From a virus (taxonomy: Duplodnaviria; Heunggongvirae; Uroviricota; Caudoviricetes): a DNA stretch of 64,000 nucleotides. The stretch is from IMG/VR virus record IMGVR_UViG_3300029841_000009, positions 4,544 through 68,543 of that record; one strand, 5' to 3'. Below the pieces are notes generated by a model. It ran no database searches, had not been told where the DNA came from, and saw only the letters and a list, made by a program, of their open reading frames with translations. This document shows positions 48,836-58,527 of this stretch, piece after piece (the first letter of the stretch is position 1; every line of letters begins with the position of its first letter). Both the position numbers and the translations under genes were made by a program.

Positions 48836-50378
48836 TTACCTCAGAAACAGGAGGCGTAATCAGCCCCAACTCACGGCGAGCATTCTCTTCTCTGCCACAA
48901 ATTTGTGCGGTTTCTTCCCAGTTAAGACCTGACATTTCAGCCGCTTCCTTTTCACGGGTAGAGAATGTTTCCTCAACACGCAGTTTTGCAGCTTTGACTT
49001 CTTTAAGGGGATCTAATTGGCCTTGTGATGGGCCATACCATTGAGCGCCACTCCATGCAGCGCGATATTCAGGCCCATAAAAAAAACCAGGGGCAATAAC
49101 ACGACCTTTAGCAACGGCTTCGGCCAACCATTCCTCATAGATCGGTTGGCAAAATGACTGAACCATCCAGTCACGTCGCATACGGAACATTTTCCAGGCT
49201 TCAAGTAATGCGGCCCTGCTTGCGCTATAACTTGCTGTAAAATGCTTTACCAAGAGTTCGTAAGGGAGTTCTAAAGCAGCCCCAATTTGACGGCATATGG
49301 CGACAACAAAACCATCAAATGCCGTATTTGGTCGCCCGGGATTTGCTGTATCTATCGACTCACCTTCACCCAAACTTACTATGGAGCCATTCCCCATTTC
49401 TTGGGTGTTATCATCATGGTTATCGATCTGCTCGTACTGAGGGATACCCGATTCACCGACTGGTCCATCAGGAGCGTCTGTTTTAATAAAGACAGTAAAC
49501 ATCCCTGACACAACCGCAGCAACCAATTCAGCATCGGTGTATCGTCCTAACTGCTTCAATGCTTCAATAACAGGAGCAAGGACAGGAACGCCACGACGTT
49601 GCCCAGGCCTTTCAAAATCCTGCATGACATGCAGAATATTTCTTCTTCCTGTTTTACTCCCATATGCGGGAATACGTTCCCACTTGCGGGTTACAAAACC
49701 AGAAGTCCCGGCTGGGTGATGTTTTGCAACCCAGTACGCCACAGGCTCGCTAAATTCACCAACCTCTACGCCACCGTAAAGATTTGGTATAAAACGATCC
49801 TCTGGATTGCAAACACGATCACCTTCAATTAAATAGACGCACAAATCATATATAACACCCTTACGCTTAATAACTGGTAGCGCAGCAAATATATCGCCAG
49901 ATGTTAACGCAGATATTTGGACCAATGATTGCAATTGTCCAAAAGTACACATTCTTGATGCATCACAATTTGGAGAATCAGCCCATAATCTAAACTCACG
50001 CTCAACATGCTTTTCCCATGCTCGCGCTTCTTCCTGCGTCATCCCCAAGAAATCGGCATCAATGTTCGCATTTAGTTTTAAACCGGAACCAACAACGTTT
50101 GTCCTGATAGTTTTTATTGCGCCAACCGATAGCGGGTTTCCCATGAAGAGATCACGAGAACGCTCACGCAATTTATCTATATTTTTAACAATATCATCAT
50201 CAGGAGAACCAGCTTTACTAAACCAACCCCTTAATGATTTTTTATGAGTGCTTGCACCATGACGTGAATATCCAAGGTTATTAATACCTTCAAGTGCTTC
50301 TAACCGTTTTCTTGCCAAAGCTCGATTTAATGCCCTCTGAGGTGAAAACGGCGCAATAACTCGATCAAGAATATTCAT
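48804..50378 (-). CDS. Portal protein (lambda gpB-like)
   Basis: 524 aa between the W-like gene and protease; lambda B is 533 aa. Confidence 0.8.
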   Translation of the reverse strand: MNILDRVIAPFSPQRALNRALARKRLEALEGINNLGYSRHGASTHKKSLRGWFSKAGSPDDDIVKNIDKLRERSRDLFMGNPLSVGAIKTIRTNVVGSGLKLNANIDADFLGMTQEEARAWEKHVEREFRLWADSPNCDASRMCTFGQLQSLVQISALTSGDIFAALPVIKRKGVIYDLCVYLIEGDRVCNPEDRFIPNLYGGVEVGEFSEPVAYWVAKHHPAGTSGFVTRKWERIPAYGSKTGRRNILHVMQDFERPGQRRGVPVLAPVIEALKQLGRYTDAELVAAVVSGMFTVFIKTDAPDGPVGESGIPQYEQIDNHDDNTQEMGNGSIVSLGEGESIDTANPGRPNTAFDGFVVAICRQIGAALELPYELLVKHFTASYSASRAALLEAWKMFRMRRDWMVQSFCQPIYEEWLAEAVAKGRVIAPGFFYGPEYRAAWSGAQWYGPSQGQLDPLKEVKAAKLRVEETFSTREKEAAEMSGLNWEETAQICGREENARRELGLITPPVSEVNEQNMETDDA

Positions 50379-50614
50379 AAATCTCTTATCACCACTCGTT
50401 TAATTCGTGGGCCTCGGCGTATACCTGCTGATAATCTTTCTACTTCATTACGCCAGTAATCCATCTCTTTTCTGACTTCTGATAAATCCGCACGAGTTAA
50501 CTGCCGCGTACCAAATTTATATGACTGACCGCCAATAGCAATAGCGCGATATGCTTCCCGCCAGACAGATAACATCTCTCTGGCTTCAGTCAGAGAAAAT
50601 GCTTCATTGTTCAT
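50375..50614 (-). CDS. Head-tail joining protein W-like
   Basis: 79 aa between TerL and portal, as lambda gpW. Confidence 0.6.
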   Translation of the reverse strand: MNNEAFSLTEAREMLSVWREAYRAIAIGGQSYKFGTRQLTRADLSEVRKEMDYWRNEVERLSAGIRRGPRIKRVVIRDL

Positions 50615-50625
50615 TTATATTTCCT

Positions 50626-52482
50626 CTATATGGTTACGCCTTTACTTATAACTCTACGGCGTCTTCTACGTATACCTGACGAGTTCTGCACATACACATT
50701 ACCTCGCATTTCCTGTTCGGCAAGCCAGTTAAAATTAGGGTTCAGAATTTCCATCGCGGCAGTTGCATAGTTACGGCAATCAAGAGGCTCGTTACGCTCG
50801 TAGACTTTCACCCACTTTTCTTTTGTCTGCCCATTTTTATATTCAAATATTTTCTTCTCTGATAATAATCCTTTAAAGTATTCGGTATCATATCCTCTGT
50901 CAGAATCTAATGGGAAATGCATATAACCAGGACCAGGATCATGTAGTTTAATTCTTGCCATGATGGTCCCTTTACCATCATCAACCCCCAAATTAAACAA
51001 CATAGCACCCACACGGTTATTATTACTTGGCTTTCCTATAAATGGTAAACCTACCCCACCACGCCCCCTGATAGAGTATATTCGCCTTGATTCTCTCGGC
51101 TTAGTAAAGCGATATACCTCTGTCGTAAAATGCCCACCAGAGTCAATACAAACGGAAGAAATCTGTAATTTTCGACCGTCACGGAATGACCAGCTACGGA
51201 GTAAGTATTCATCAAGTTGTTTCCAGACAACATCTTGTGCGGGATCACCTGGGAATATTTTATATTCTATCCCCCATGACTCCTTACCTTTTCCCCAACC
51301 GACCAATTCACAAACTAAATACGTGTCCTGTACGTCAACACCAGCACTTAACAATAAAACATCATCTGGTAAAAACTCTTCAAACCTTATTCTGCGTTGC
51401 AACAAGTATTCAGGATCGATATCGTCTTTAGCATCCTCTTTCCATGGCTCACCCAGCTTAAGGTTAATAAACTCCATTAATCCATTTTTATCGCGGTTTC
51501 TGGTTGCTTCCGTAAATTCTTCAACCAGCTCTGACAATGCAACCCACGGGGAGTAAAGACTGTTAATATGAAAACCAACAATACCTTTAACTCCAGTATG
51601 TTCAGCTATCCATACCCCCTTCGCCAACCAATCAACGTCTGGTTTACCAGATCCGCGCATAATCCCGCCGCACTCACAGCACTCATATCTGGCCGTTTCC
51701 GGTAACGCCTCACCTGAATCGCTCTTATCCCATCTGACTTGCGACCATTTCATCACCTGCATGGTGCCACAACATGGGCAAGGAACATGGTAGTAACGCT
51801 GATCGGAGAGCTTAAACCACTTGTGGATTTTGCTCGTTTCCTCCAAAACAGGAGTAGAAACAAAAACTTTCTTACGATTATGAAAGTTGGTAGTACGCTG
51901 AATACCTAGTTTTAGTGGGTCGCCCTCCTGCGTCACACCGTAACGATCAATCTCATCAGCTAACAGTATTCGAATTGGCCTGGATGCAAGACCTGCTGGG
52001 GAATTAGCACCAACAAGTGCTATATATCCACCAGCGTAATGCTTCATACGTATAGTCGTGCTGGACTTTTTGGCTGCACCGCGCCCCTCTTTCCCTTCAT
52101 GCAGCTTGTGTTTCAAACCAGGGGAATATTTGAACGTCGGATCAATACGCTCTTTTGAAAAAGCCTCAGCCGCCTCTACCGTTGGATAAATCATCAACTG
52201 AGGAGATGGCTCCTGATCTGCAAAGTAACCCATAACATTTAGCTGTAATTCGGATTTACCAATTTGCGAGCTACATTGCATCACTACTGTTTCTGTATCA
52301 GCGTCACCAATAACATCCATTGGTTCACGCAAATATGGCACTCGGCTTGTACGCCACGGCCCTGGCTCTGGAGACGTTCCCGGCGCTACATGACGATACT
52401 TATCAGCCCATTCGGAAACAGTTAGCCGTGATTTAGGGCGAAGCGCACGGAAAAAAGCGGTGCTCCATACTGTTTCGCCCAT
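50626..52482 (-). CDS. Terminase large subunit (GpA-type)
   Basis: 618 aa with Walker-A-like QCSSQIGKSE; Cys-rich segments VPCPCCG and CCECGG; lambda gpA-like size. Confidence 0.85.
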   Translation of the reverse strand: MGETVWSTAFFRALRPKSRLTVSEWADKYRHVAPGTSPEPGPWRTSRVPYLREPMDVIGDADTETVVMQCSSQIGKSELQLNVMGYFADQEPSPQLMIYPTVEAAEAFSKERIDPTFKYSPGLKHKLHEGKEGRGAAKKSSTTIRMKHYAGGYIALVGANSPAGLASRPIRILLADEIDRYGVTQEGDPLKLGIQRTTNFHNRKKVFVSTPVLEETSKIHKWFKLSDQRYYHVPCPCCGTMQVMKWSQVRWDKSDSGEALPETARYECCECGGIMRGSGKPDVDWLAKGVWIAEHTGVKGIVGFHINSLYSPWVALSELVEEFTEATRNRDKNGLMEFINLKLGEPWKEDAKDDIDPEYLLQRRIRFEEFLPDDVLLLSAGVDVQDTYLVCELVGWGKGKESWGIEYKIFPGDPAQDVVWKQLDEYLLRSWSFRDGRKLQISSVCIDSGGHFTTEVYRFTKPRESRRIYSIRGRGGVGLPFIGKPSNNNRVGAMLFNLGVDDGKGTIMARIKLHDPGPGYMHFPLDSDRGYDTEYFKGLLSEKKIFEYKNGQTKEKWVKVYERNEPLDCRNYATAAMEILNPNFNWLAEQEMRGNVYVQNSSGIRRRRRRVISKGVTI

Positions 52483-52487
52483 GAGGT

Positions 52488-53048
52488 TTATTCTTCCTGC
52501 TTAATAAATCGGGATTCCTGGAGCGCCTGAAGCGCAAAATTAATCTCGTCTTCAATAATGCGTTCGATCTCCCTGGCTGTTTTGCCTTCACAACGGGGAG
52601 CTGCTCTTGGAGCAATACTAAATAAGCGGCTACGCAATTCATTAGCTGCCAGAAATGCATCATCCCTGACCGCATCTTTAGCGATGAGAGAGCCTTCCTT
52701 TTCTTCAAATTCAAGGCGTTTCAGCTTTGCCTGATAAATTTTTTCTGCGGTCTTAGCCTTGTTGAATTGCACCGCAACACCGGAAGTACCACCAGCTAAT
52801 CCGGCATCATCAGCGGGTAACTCTGGTTGTTCCGAAGATATCCCATGCCCTCTTTTTCCATTTTCAGCAGATACCTCACGACCAACCTGTCGGCTCGCTT
52901 CATAAGCCGCACTGGCTTTATCAAAATCCAGCTTGCCGCTTTTCAGCACTGGAATGCGACCGGAACGACAGAGCTTCGTAACCATTGCCGGAGAAATACC
53001 TTTCCGGCGAGCAAACTCTGACTTACTGACGATGGCCATTACTTGCAA
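52488..53048 (-). CDS. Terminase small subunit (HTH-containing; start possibly 53039)
   Basis: N-terminal HTH (SKSEFARRKGISPAMVTKLCRSGRIP); directly upstream of TerL. Confidence 0.55.
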   Translation of the reverse strand: MQVMAIVSKSEFARRKGISPAMVTKLCRSGRIPVLKSGKLDFDKASAAYEASRQVGREVSAENGKRGHGISSEQPELPADDAGLAGGTSGVAVQFNKAKTAEKIYQAKLKRLEFEEKEGSLIAKDAVRDDAFLAANELRSRLFSIAPRAAPRCEGKTAREIERIIEDEINFALQALQESRFIKQEE

Positions 53049-53629
53049 CCATTAGCAAGATACTGAACAAATCCCTCATGCGTTTCATGCGCGTCGTGGT
53101 ACTGACGATAAACATCCAGCAACAATGCAATTTCCATATCCGTCGCGGGAATACGTTCTTTATCAATAGCCAGGTACTTAATTTGAACAACAGGGGAAGA
53201 ATTATCGTCTTCTTCCTGCGGCTGTTCATCGCTTAACATTTCGTCAAGCTCTGCATCATTAAACCCAAGCAGATCAATATCAAAATCATCATCCATTAAC
53301 TCTTTGACTTCTTCGGCCAGAAGCTGCATATCCCAGCCAGCATTTAAGGCCAGCTTGTTATCTGCAATCCTGTAAGCCTTCTTCTGTTTTTCAGAAAGGT
53401 TACTCAACCGAATCGCCGGAACTTTATCCATTTCCAGAATTTCGGCTGCTGCAAGCCGACCATGCCCCGCAATCAGTTCATTCTTTTCATCGATCAGCAC
53501 AGGATTAGTGAAACCGAACTCACGGATACTGTTCACCAACTGTTCAACCTGCTCATCTGAATGAGTCCGTGAATTTTTGGCGTATCTGAGCAGCTTACCG
53601 ACTGGTAAATATTCGATTTTTAGAGCCAT
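53039..53629 (-). CDS. ParB-like nuclease domain protein
   Basis: ParB/Srx N-domain motif LIAGHGRLAAA; paralog of 56296-56919. Confidence 0.65.
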   Translation of the reverse strand: MALKIEYLPVGKLLRYAKNSRTHSDEQVEQLVNSIREFGFTNPVLIDEKNELIAGHGRLAAAEILEMDKVPAIRLSNLSEKQKKAYRIADNKLALNAGWDMQLLAEEVKELMDDDFDIDLLGFNDAELDEMLSDEQPQEEDDNSSPVVQIKYLAIDKERIPATDMEIALLLDVYRQYHDAHETHEGFVQYLANGCK

Positions 53630-53639
53630 TTTTTAACCG

Positions 53640-54000
53640 CCATAACACAACAGGTTAAAGAAAACTGTTTAACTTATTGATACTAAAAGAGAAAAATGAC
53701 GATCTTTTTACTCATAAAAAATCACACAAACCAGCATAATCATCTGATTTTATTAAGTTTTTATAAGTAAAAAGGATCTTGAGATGGTGTTTTGGTTAAA
53801 AGATTGGATGTATTTGCATGATTTATAACGATTTTTATCAGAACAACATCACATTGGTTAAAGATCTGCGCGTATCTTGATGATCTAAAAGAAAATTTTC
53901 TACTTTCTTTTTACCAGCACAAATACAGCAAAAAATCACGTTTTCCCGATATTTTTCAATGAGATGAGTAAATTTCTTTTACCGCAACTTTTAACCTAAC
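53640..54000. repeat. AT-rich region with direct repeats TGGTTAAA(A)GAT (candidate cos/pac or late-promoter region)
   Basis: GGTTAAAG at 53652, 53794, 53856 and inverted TTTAACC at 53989; GATCTTGA repeated. Confidence 0.35.
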
Positions 54001-54186
54001 TTTTTTCACGTTTAGCTAGCCGAACATCGGGGTTCGAATGACCCGCATCCAACGCTTTTGTCCAGAAGGACCCAATTCTGCCGGACGATGAAACGATGCT
54101 CGTGCACCCCCACAGACAGCCAGCGAGCGACGCTACAGAACACAGTGAATACACTCTGCATAACAACACCATCAACCACACGATGA

Positions 54187-54906
54187 TTAACGAGAGAAGG
54201 TCTTGGAAAGAATGTCATCAATAGCCTTTGTGACTTCATCAGCAAACGCATCCTCACCAGCACGCAGCGCCACGCCATGCCAATCAAGACGCTGCGAATA
54301 GTTAGGTTGCTGGATAAACGTAAGGATCAACGTAGGACGCCGCCCAACGCGCTGCCAGACGCCTGGTTGAAGCGGGTTACTTGTACCAGGTCGAACAACA
54401 AAAAACTCCGTAGGCTTGCCCTGACGGCGATTTTGATGCGCATCTCGCTGAACTCTTAGGCCAGATAAGACCTGCTGTAATTGCCCCCGCGAAATATTCC
54501 CGTATTTGTCCAGCTTTGCGCCGGGACCAGGAGCAATCTGCCAGCCGTTAGGCAAATATCCACCAGCCCTTAGCGCCCCTTCTGAGCGTTTGTACTGTCG
54601 TTGGCCACCTTCGATTTGCGGAGTCAACGTTACAGGGGCTGGCGTTCCTCCCCATTCACGAGCATACACAATGGCTGTAGGATCACTCTTCTTTGCGGCC
54701 AAAACGTAAGTAGAGTTCTGAATCCACGGCGTGGGCCTGTCAAATACCCGATTAATTTCATTCTTAATCGCAGCCTGAGAAGCCTTTGCCGTTCTGGTTG
54801 CCGCAAGCGCCATTGCGAACGGCAATTCGCGTTCTTCAAGGCGCTGGAGTTGTCGTTGAATATCCTGAGAAGAAAAATCCATCTTTATCTCAATTCTGTC
54901 AGCCAC
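54187..54906 (-). CDS. Hypothetical protein
   Basis: 239-aa ORF between the ParB-methyltransferase gene and the AT-rich region. Confidence 0.4.
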   Translation of the reverse strand: MADRIEIKMDFSSQDIQRQLQRLEERELPFAMALAATRTAKASQAAIKNEINRVFDRPTPWIQNSTYVLAAKKSDPTAIVYAREWGGTPAPVTLTPQIEGGQRQYKRSEGALRAGGYLPNGWQIAPGPGAKLDKYGNISRGQLQQVLSGLRVQRDAHQNRRQGKPTEFFVVRPGTSNPLQPGVWQRVGRRPTLILTFIQQPNYSQRLDWHGVALRAGEDAFADEVTKAIDDILSKTFSR

Positions 54907-54922
54907 CAGCGCCTCCTACACA

Positions 54923-56302
54923 CTACTTAATCAACGGCCGGAAAGCCGCCAGCACATCATCAGATCGTCCGATTGTTGAACCACCAGGCAACGGCAACTC
55001 AAACTCAAAACGAACAGCTTTCTCCAGACTCGCCCAACTAAGGGAATCATCGTTAATGACGTGCAAATACCAGCTCTTACAGTTGAATATTGACCGCTTA
55101 ATCCTGAAACCATGTACACGACACAACTGCTTCACTTCCTCATCAGAGTGAAACTTCTGGTAAAACCAGTGCCCCTTCCGGTACAACGCGGTAAAACCGT
55201 CATGATCAATAAAATAAAGCCGGCTTTTGGAACTCGCCGCTTGTGTTTGCTTCAGGACTGTTTCCAGTTCTCCACGGCTACGGCCAGAAAAGAATATTGA
55301 CCCACCAGCTTTACACAGGCCTTTCAGAACCGTCAGAACGGACCATTCAGCCTCGACACTATCGACCGAGTTCAAAACGCTATCGCAAATCACGTAGTCG
55401 TAACGCCCTCGCGTTTTTAAGTCGTCCACCAGCGTATCAATCATCCGGTTTGTTGCGGCCCTATCCAGAGTGTTTCCAGCGCCCTTACGGCGGAAAAGCT
55501 CGAGATCATGCAGGTTATATCCCTTTGCCCTGAGCATTCGCGCGTAGTCTCCCTGCCCCGAACCAAAATCAATTCCTCTTGGCGTCTTGGCAATGATCGG
55601 GAGGATCAACGACTCATACAGATTTGATTTCAGGCTGCCACCATTACGCAACCGCATAAGCTGCGCATACGTCTGGATGTATGTTGTTTTCTCCAGATGA
55701 GAATACTCAAATACACCATAAGTTTTATTCAGATAACTTTGGTATTTTTCCTTCTCAACATCAGGGATCACAAACACCGTTAGCGGTGTGCGCGTCATTT
55801 TCGCTGCTAATGCATACTGAGCACAGTGAATAACCTCACCAGACTGAGTAGCAACACAACCACCCCACGGACCATACTTGATAACCAGTTCCGCTATGTT
55901 CTTTCGAACATATGCCATTTTCGCGCGCATATTGCCTGAGATCTGGCTTGCCGATACCTGAACAAAACCATGCTTATCTTCCAGACCGGACACCCTGCAA
56001 CGCTCATCTCCGCTATCAAAATCCGTTCCGTTATGCAGTTGGTTAAACCGTACTTCGTCGTATACCGTCGTTTCACAGGGCAACACATACACCGCAGCAC
56101 GCGTTATTCCCAACTTACGTAGCGCCTTCGTCCTTTGGTGTCCCGCCACCAGCAAATCGCCGCGCACTATCAATGGCTTCACAAGCCCCAGCTCCCTGAC
56201 GCTTTCCGCCAGCCTCGCAAGATCATCCTCACCGATAAAACGCGGGTTATATTCCGCGCCGCGTAGGTGCGTTATGTCGTAATTGAGGTGAAGCATCAGC
56301 AC
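54923..56302 (-). CDS. ParB-like N-domain fused to class I SAM-dependent methyltransferase
   Basis: N-terminal ParB/Srx motif LVAGHQRTKALRKLG; C-terminal motif I IDFGSGQGDYARML and post-I DYVICDSVLN. Confidence 0.65.
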   Translation of the reverse strand: MLMLHLNYDITHLRGAEYNPRFIGEDDLARLAESVRELGLVKPLIVRGDLLVAGHQRTKALRKLGITRAAVYVLPCETTVYDEVRFNQLHNGTDFDSGDERCRVSGLEDKHGFVQVSASQISGNMRAKMAYVRKNIAELVIKYGPWGGCVATQSGEVIHCAQYALAAKMTRTPLTVFVIPDVEKEKYQSYLNKTYGVFEYSHLEKTTYIQTYAQLMRLRNGGSLKSNLYESLILPIIAKTPRGIDFGSGQGDYARMLRAKGYNLHDLELFRRKGAGNTLDRAATNRMIDTLVDDLKTRGRYDYVICDSVLNSVDSVEAEWSVLTVLKGLCKAGGSIFFSGRSRGELETVLKQTQAASSKSRLYFIDHDGFTALYRKGHWFYQKFHSDEEVKQLCRVHGFRIKRSIFNCKSWYLHVINDDSLSWASLEKAVRFEFELPLPGGSTIGRSDDVLAAFRPLIK

Positions 56303-56919
56303 ACCTCCCCAGCCAGCAATGCGGATACAAATCCGATATAGCTGCCATTATCATCAACATAACGAGACACCGCGCAGTCAAAACGATCCGCTTCCTCATC
56401 CGTTGCCGGGATTTTATGACCTCCAAATGACAGGTACTGAACTTTTACGCCTGATTTGGCCTCATCCTTCTCAAATGGGATATCCATACCCTCTGTGTCA
56501 TCGTAGACTGCCGCACTCAATAAGTTATCCAGTTCGCGCTGAGTAAAACCAATTGAGTCCAGAGCAAAATCATCGGCCGCAAGATCTGCAAGCTCCGCGC
56601 TTAACAACTCTTCATCCCAACCAGCATTCAGCGGAATACGGTTGTCGGCCAGACGATATGCCTTCTTCTGATTCTCCGTTAGCCCAGCCAGAACAATGCA
56701 GGGAACATCATCCATCCCCAACTGAGTGGCCGCAGCAATTCGACCATGACCAGCAATTACAACGTTGTTCTCGTCTATCAGGATCGGATTAGTCCATCCG
56801 TACTCCTGTATGCTGGCAACAATCTGATCTACCTGCTCCACGGAGTGTGTGCGAGCGTTCTTTTCATAACCAATCAACACAGAAAGTGGTAAAGAAACCA
56901 CATTAAGATGTTTTGTCAT
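56296..56919 (-). CDS. ParB-like nuclease domain protein (paralog)
   Basis: VIAGHGRIAAA motif; shares architecture and the C-terminal IPATD segment with 53039-53629. Confidence 0.65.
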   Translation of the reverse strand: MTKHLNVVSLPLSVLIGYEKNARTHSVEQVDQIVASIQEYGWTNPILIDENNVVIAGHGRIAAATQLGMDDVPCIVLAGLTENQKKAYRLADNRIPLNAGWDEELLSAELADLAADDFALDSIGFTQRELDNLLSAAVYDDTEGMDIPFEKDEAKSGVKVQYLSFGGHKIPATDEEADRFDCAVSRYVDDNGSYIGFVSALLAGEVC

Positions 56920-57153
56920 GCCGTTTATCCGCTAAAATCCCCTCGCTTGTGCAAGCAAGTGGGCCTCGGTTTGTATCCACGGCACCCTGTGGGTATGAAT
57001 GACTGTCGTCAGGTCGCAACTGACGGCGGTCGCCCACCTTCCAGTAATAAAAAAGCCACCAGCATTAACTCCACAGCGAGCAGGAGTTAATGAGGCAGCT
57101 TTGGTTTGCGCATTATCGCAGCCCCTGATTAGCACAAGAGCTGCTGTAATGCG

Positions 57154-57564
57154 TTACGCAGGGATCAAACAGATGTGGCCGTTATTTACCTCAATACGGG
57201 AATATTCCGGCTTACCATCCACGATTCCGGTAATGACAAGTTCGCCATCAGGCGACCATTCTTCTTTGTCGTCTTCAAGTACCGCGCCTTCTGGCAAATC
57301 AATACAGGCAAAAACAGGGCAGCCAGGATGACGTTTATCCTCCATCGCAATCAGCATCGACTCACCGAACCACTCTGTGGTAGCACGGCCATCAGCCGCC
57401 TGATAGTGAATCAGATACTGGTTTTCGCCATTTGCATACTGAGCACGGGCTTGAACTTCTCCCCACTCTTCACTGATACGCATTGTTACCAGTTGGGATA
57501 ATTCAAACTTAAACGGAACAGACTCTGCACCAATGGCAATCGGTTTATCTTCTTTCTTTTCCAT
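57154..57564 (-). CDS. Hypothetical protein (start at MEKKEDKP)
   Basis: ORF-track start at 57633 lies upstream of a terminator; internal ATG at 57564 has AGGTGA SD. Confidence 0.4.
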   Translation of the reverse strand: MEKKEDKPIAIGAESVPFKFELSQLVTMRISEEWGEVQARAQYANGENQYLIHYQAADGRATTEWFGESMLIAMEDKRHPGCPVFACIDLPEGAVLEDDKEEWSPDGELVITGIVDGKPEYSRIEVNNGHICLIPA

Positions 57565-57581
57565 AACATCACCTGAAAATA

Positions 57582-57606
57582 AAAAGCCCCGCGACACCGC
57601 GAGGCT
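57582..57606 (-). terminator. Rho-independent terminator after the small membrane-peptide pair
   Basis: GCCTCGCG-gtgt-CGCGGGGC hairpin with T5 on the minus strand. Confidence 0.5.
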
Positions 57607-57607
57607 G

Positions 57608-57766
57608 TAAGAGTTACTTTCGATATAAATCAAGGCGCATTTGCTCCCGCTTAAGCCGAAAAGCCCTCTGCGCCACTAAGATGCGCCACAGGACACCAGC
57701 GATAACCACCAGCGAGATACAAAAACACACGGCCACAACCATCAGAAAAATGCCAACACCATTCAT
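57608..57766 (-). CDS. Small hydrophobic peptide (52 aa), toxin-like
   Basis: Manual translation: MNGVGIFLMVVAVCFCISLVVIAGVLWRILVAQRAFRLKREQMRLDLYRK; ATG overlaps the upstream stop (ATGA); below the ORF-track size cutoff. Confidence 0.4.
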
Positions 57767-57975
57767 GAAACTATCCATTCTTCAATGAATATCTCCAGTA
57801 ATGTCAAGAGATACGCCGTCCCCAGCGCGGTTCCTACCGATATAGCTAAGACAAACCTCAAAGATAACGAGGTGTCTTTCGCTTTTCTCCAGACGTAAGC
57901 GCCAGCTAGAAATACCAACAAATCTCTTATTGGAAGCGGAAACCAGAACAAATCACTCGGCATAAGCACGATCAT
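57763..57975 (-). CDS. Small membrane protein (70 aa, two hydrophobic segments)
   Basis: LLVFLAGAYVW and FVLAISVGTALGTAYLLTLL segments; coupled to the 52-aa peptide. Confidence 0.4.
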   Translation of the reverse strand: MIVLMPSDLFWFPLPIRDLLVFLAGAYVWRKAKDTSLSLRFVLAISVGTALGTAYLLTLLEIFIEEWIVS

Positions 57976-58252
57976 CTTCCGCTGCTGATTTACATGCCGC
58001 AGTTACTGATATATTGATAACCGGTGCGCTAATCGTGATGGACGACGCTGTCGGTTGACGCGATATAACTGAACGATGGCTATCAATGAAGTCCACAATC
58101 TCATTCAGGCACTCTTTAGCTGCCTCATCGTGACTTTTTCCGTATGCTTCATGGAGGACTTTCATCCTCATCATTGCTCCGTCACATATAGTCGAAAGCG
58201 CGTAAAGCACATCACTAACCGCCATTTCTTTTTTGGTGCTTGTCGAAGGCAT
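57953..58252 (-). CDS. Hypothetical protein
   Basis: 99-aa ORF. Confidence 0.35.
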   Translation of the reverse strand: MPSTSTKKEMAVSDVLYALSTICDGAMMRMKVLHEAYGKSHDEAAKECLNEIVDFIDSHRSVISRQPTASSITISAPVINISVTAACKSAAEDDRAYAE

Positions 58253-58326
58253 CCCATGTTCTCCTTTGTCTGGATGTAAAAAAGCCCCGGCAATTGCCGA
58301 GGCTCGTTGTTCGTTATCGTTACGGT

Positions 58327-58527
58327 TTAATGCTCGCGTCGTCCGGCGACAACTTCGGATTTGTATTTCAGGTCGCCCAGCAAGAATTGCAGTTTAAGCA
58401 TCTTTGCCGCCGTGTAGTTCCCTGATTCCACAACCTCTTTCATGAGGTCATAAACGGCCGCTACATCATCAGCCAGGAACTCTTTGCGTTGCTGCTCAGT
58501 CGCACGTTTGAAGGAAATACGCATCAC
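58327..58527 (-). CDS. Hypothetical protein
   Basis: 66-aa ORF coupled to the 58524 gene. Confidence 0.35.
   Translation of the reverse strand: MMRISFKRATEQQRKEFLADDVAAVYDLMKEVVESGNYTAAKMLKLQFLLGDLKYKSEVVAGRREH

Noticed and set aside
54028-54060. tRNA-like T-arm fragment (GGGGTTCGAATGACCC) as a possible attachment-site remnant
   Set aside because: No full cloverleaf or acceptor stem could be folded on either strand; kept only as a note inside the AT-rich region finding.
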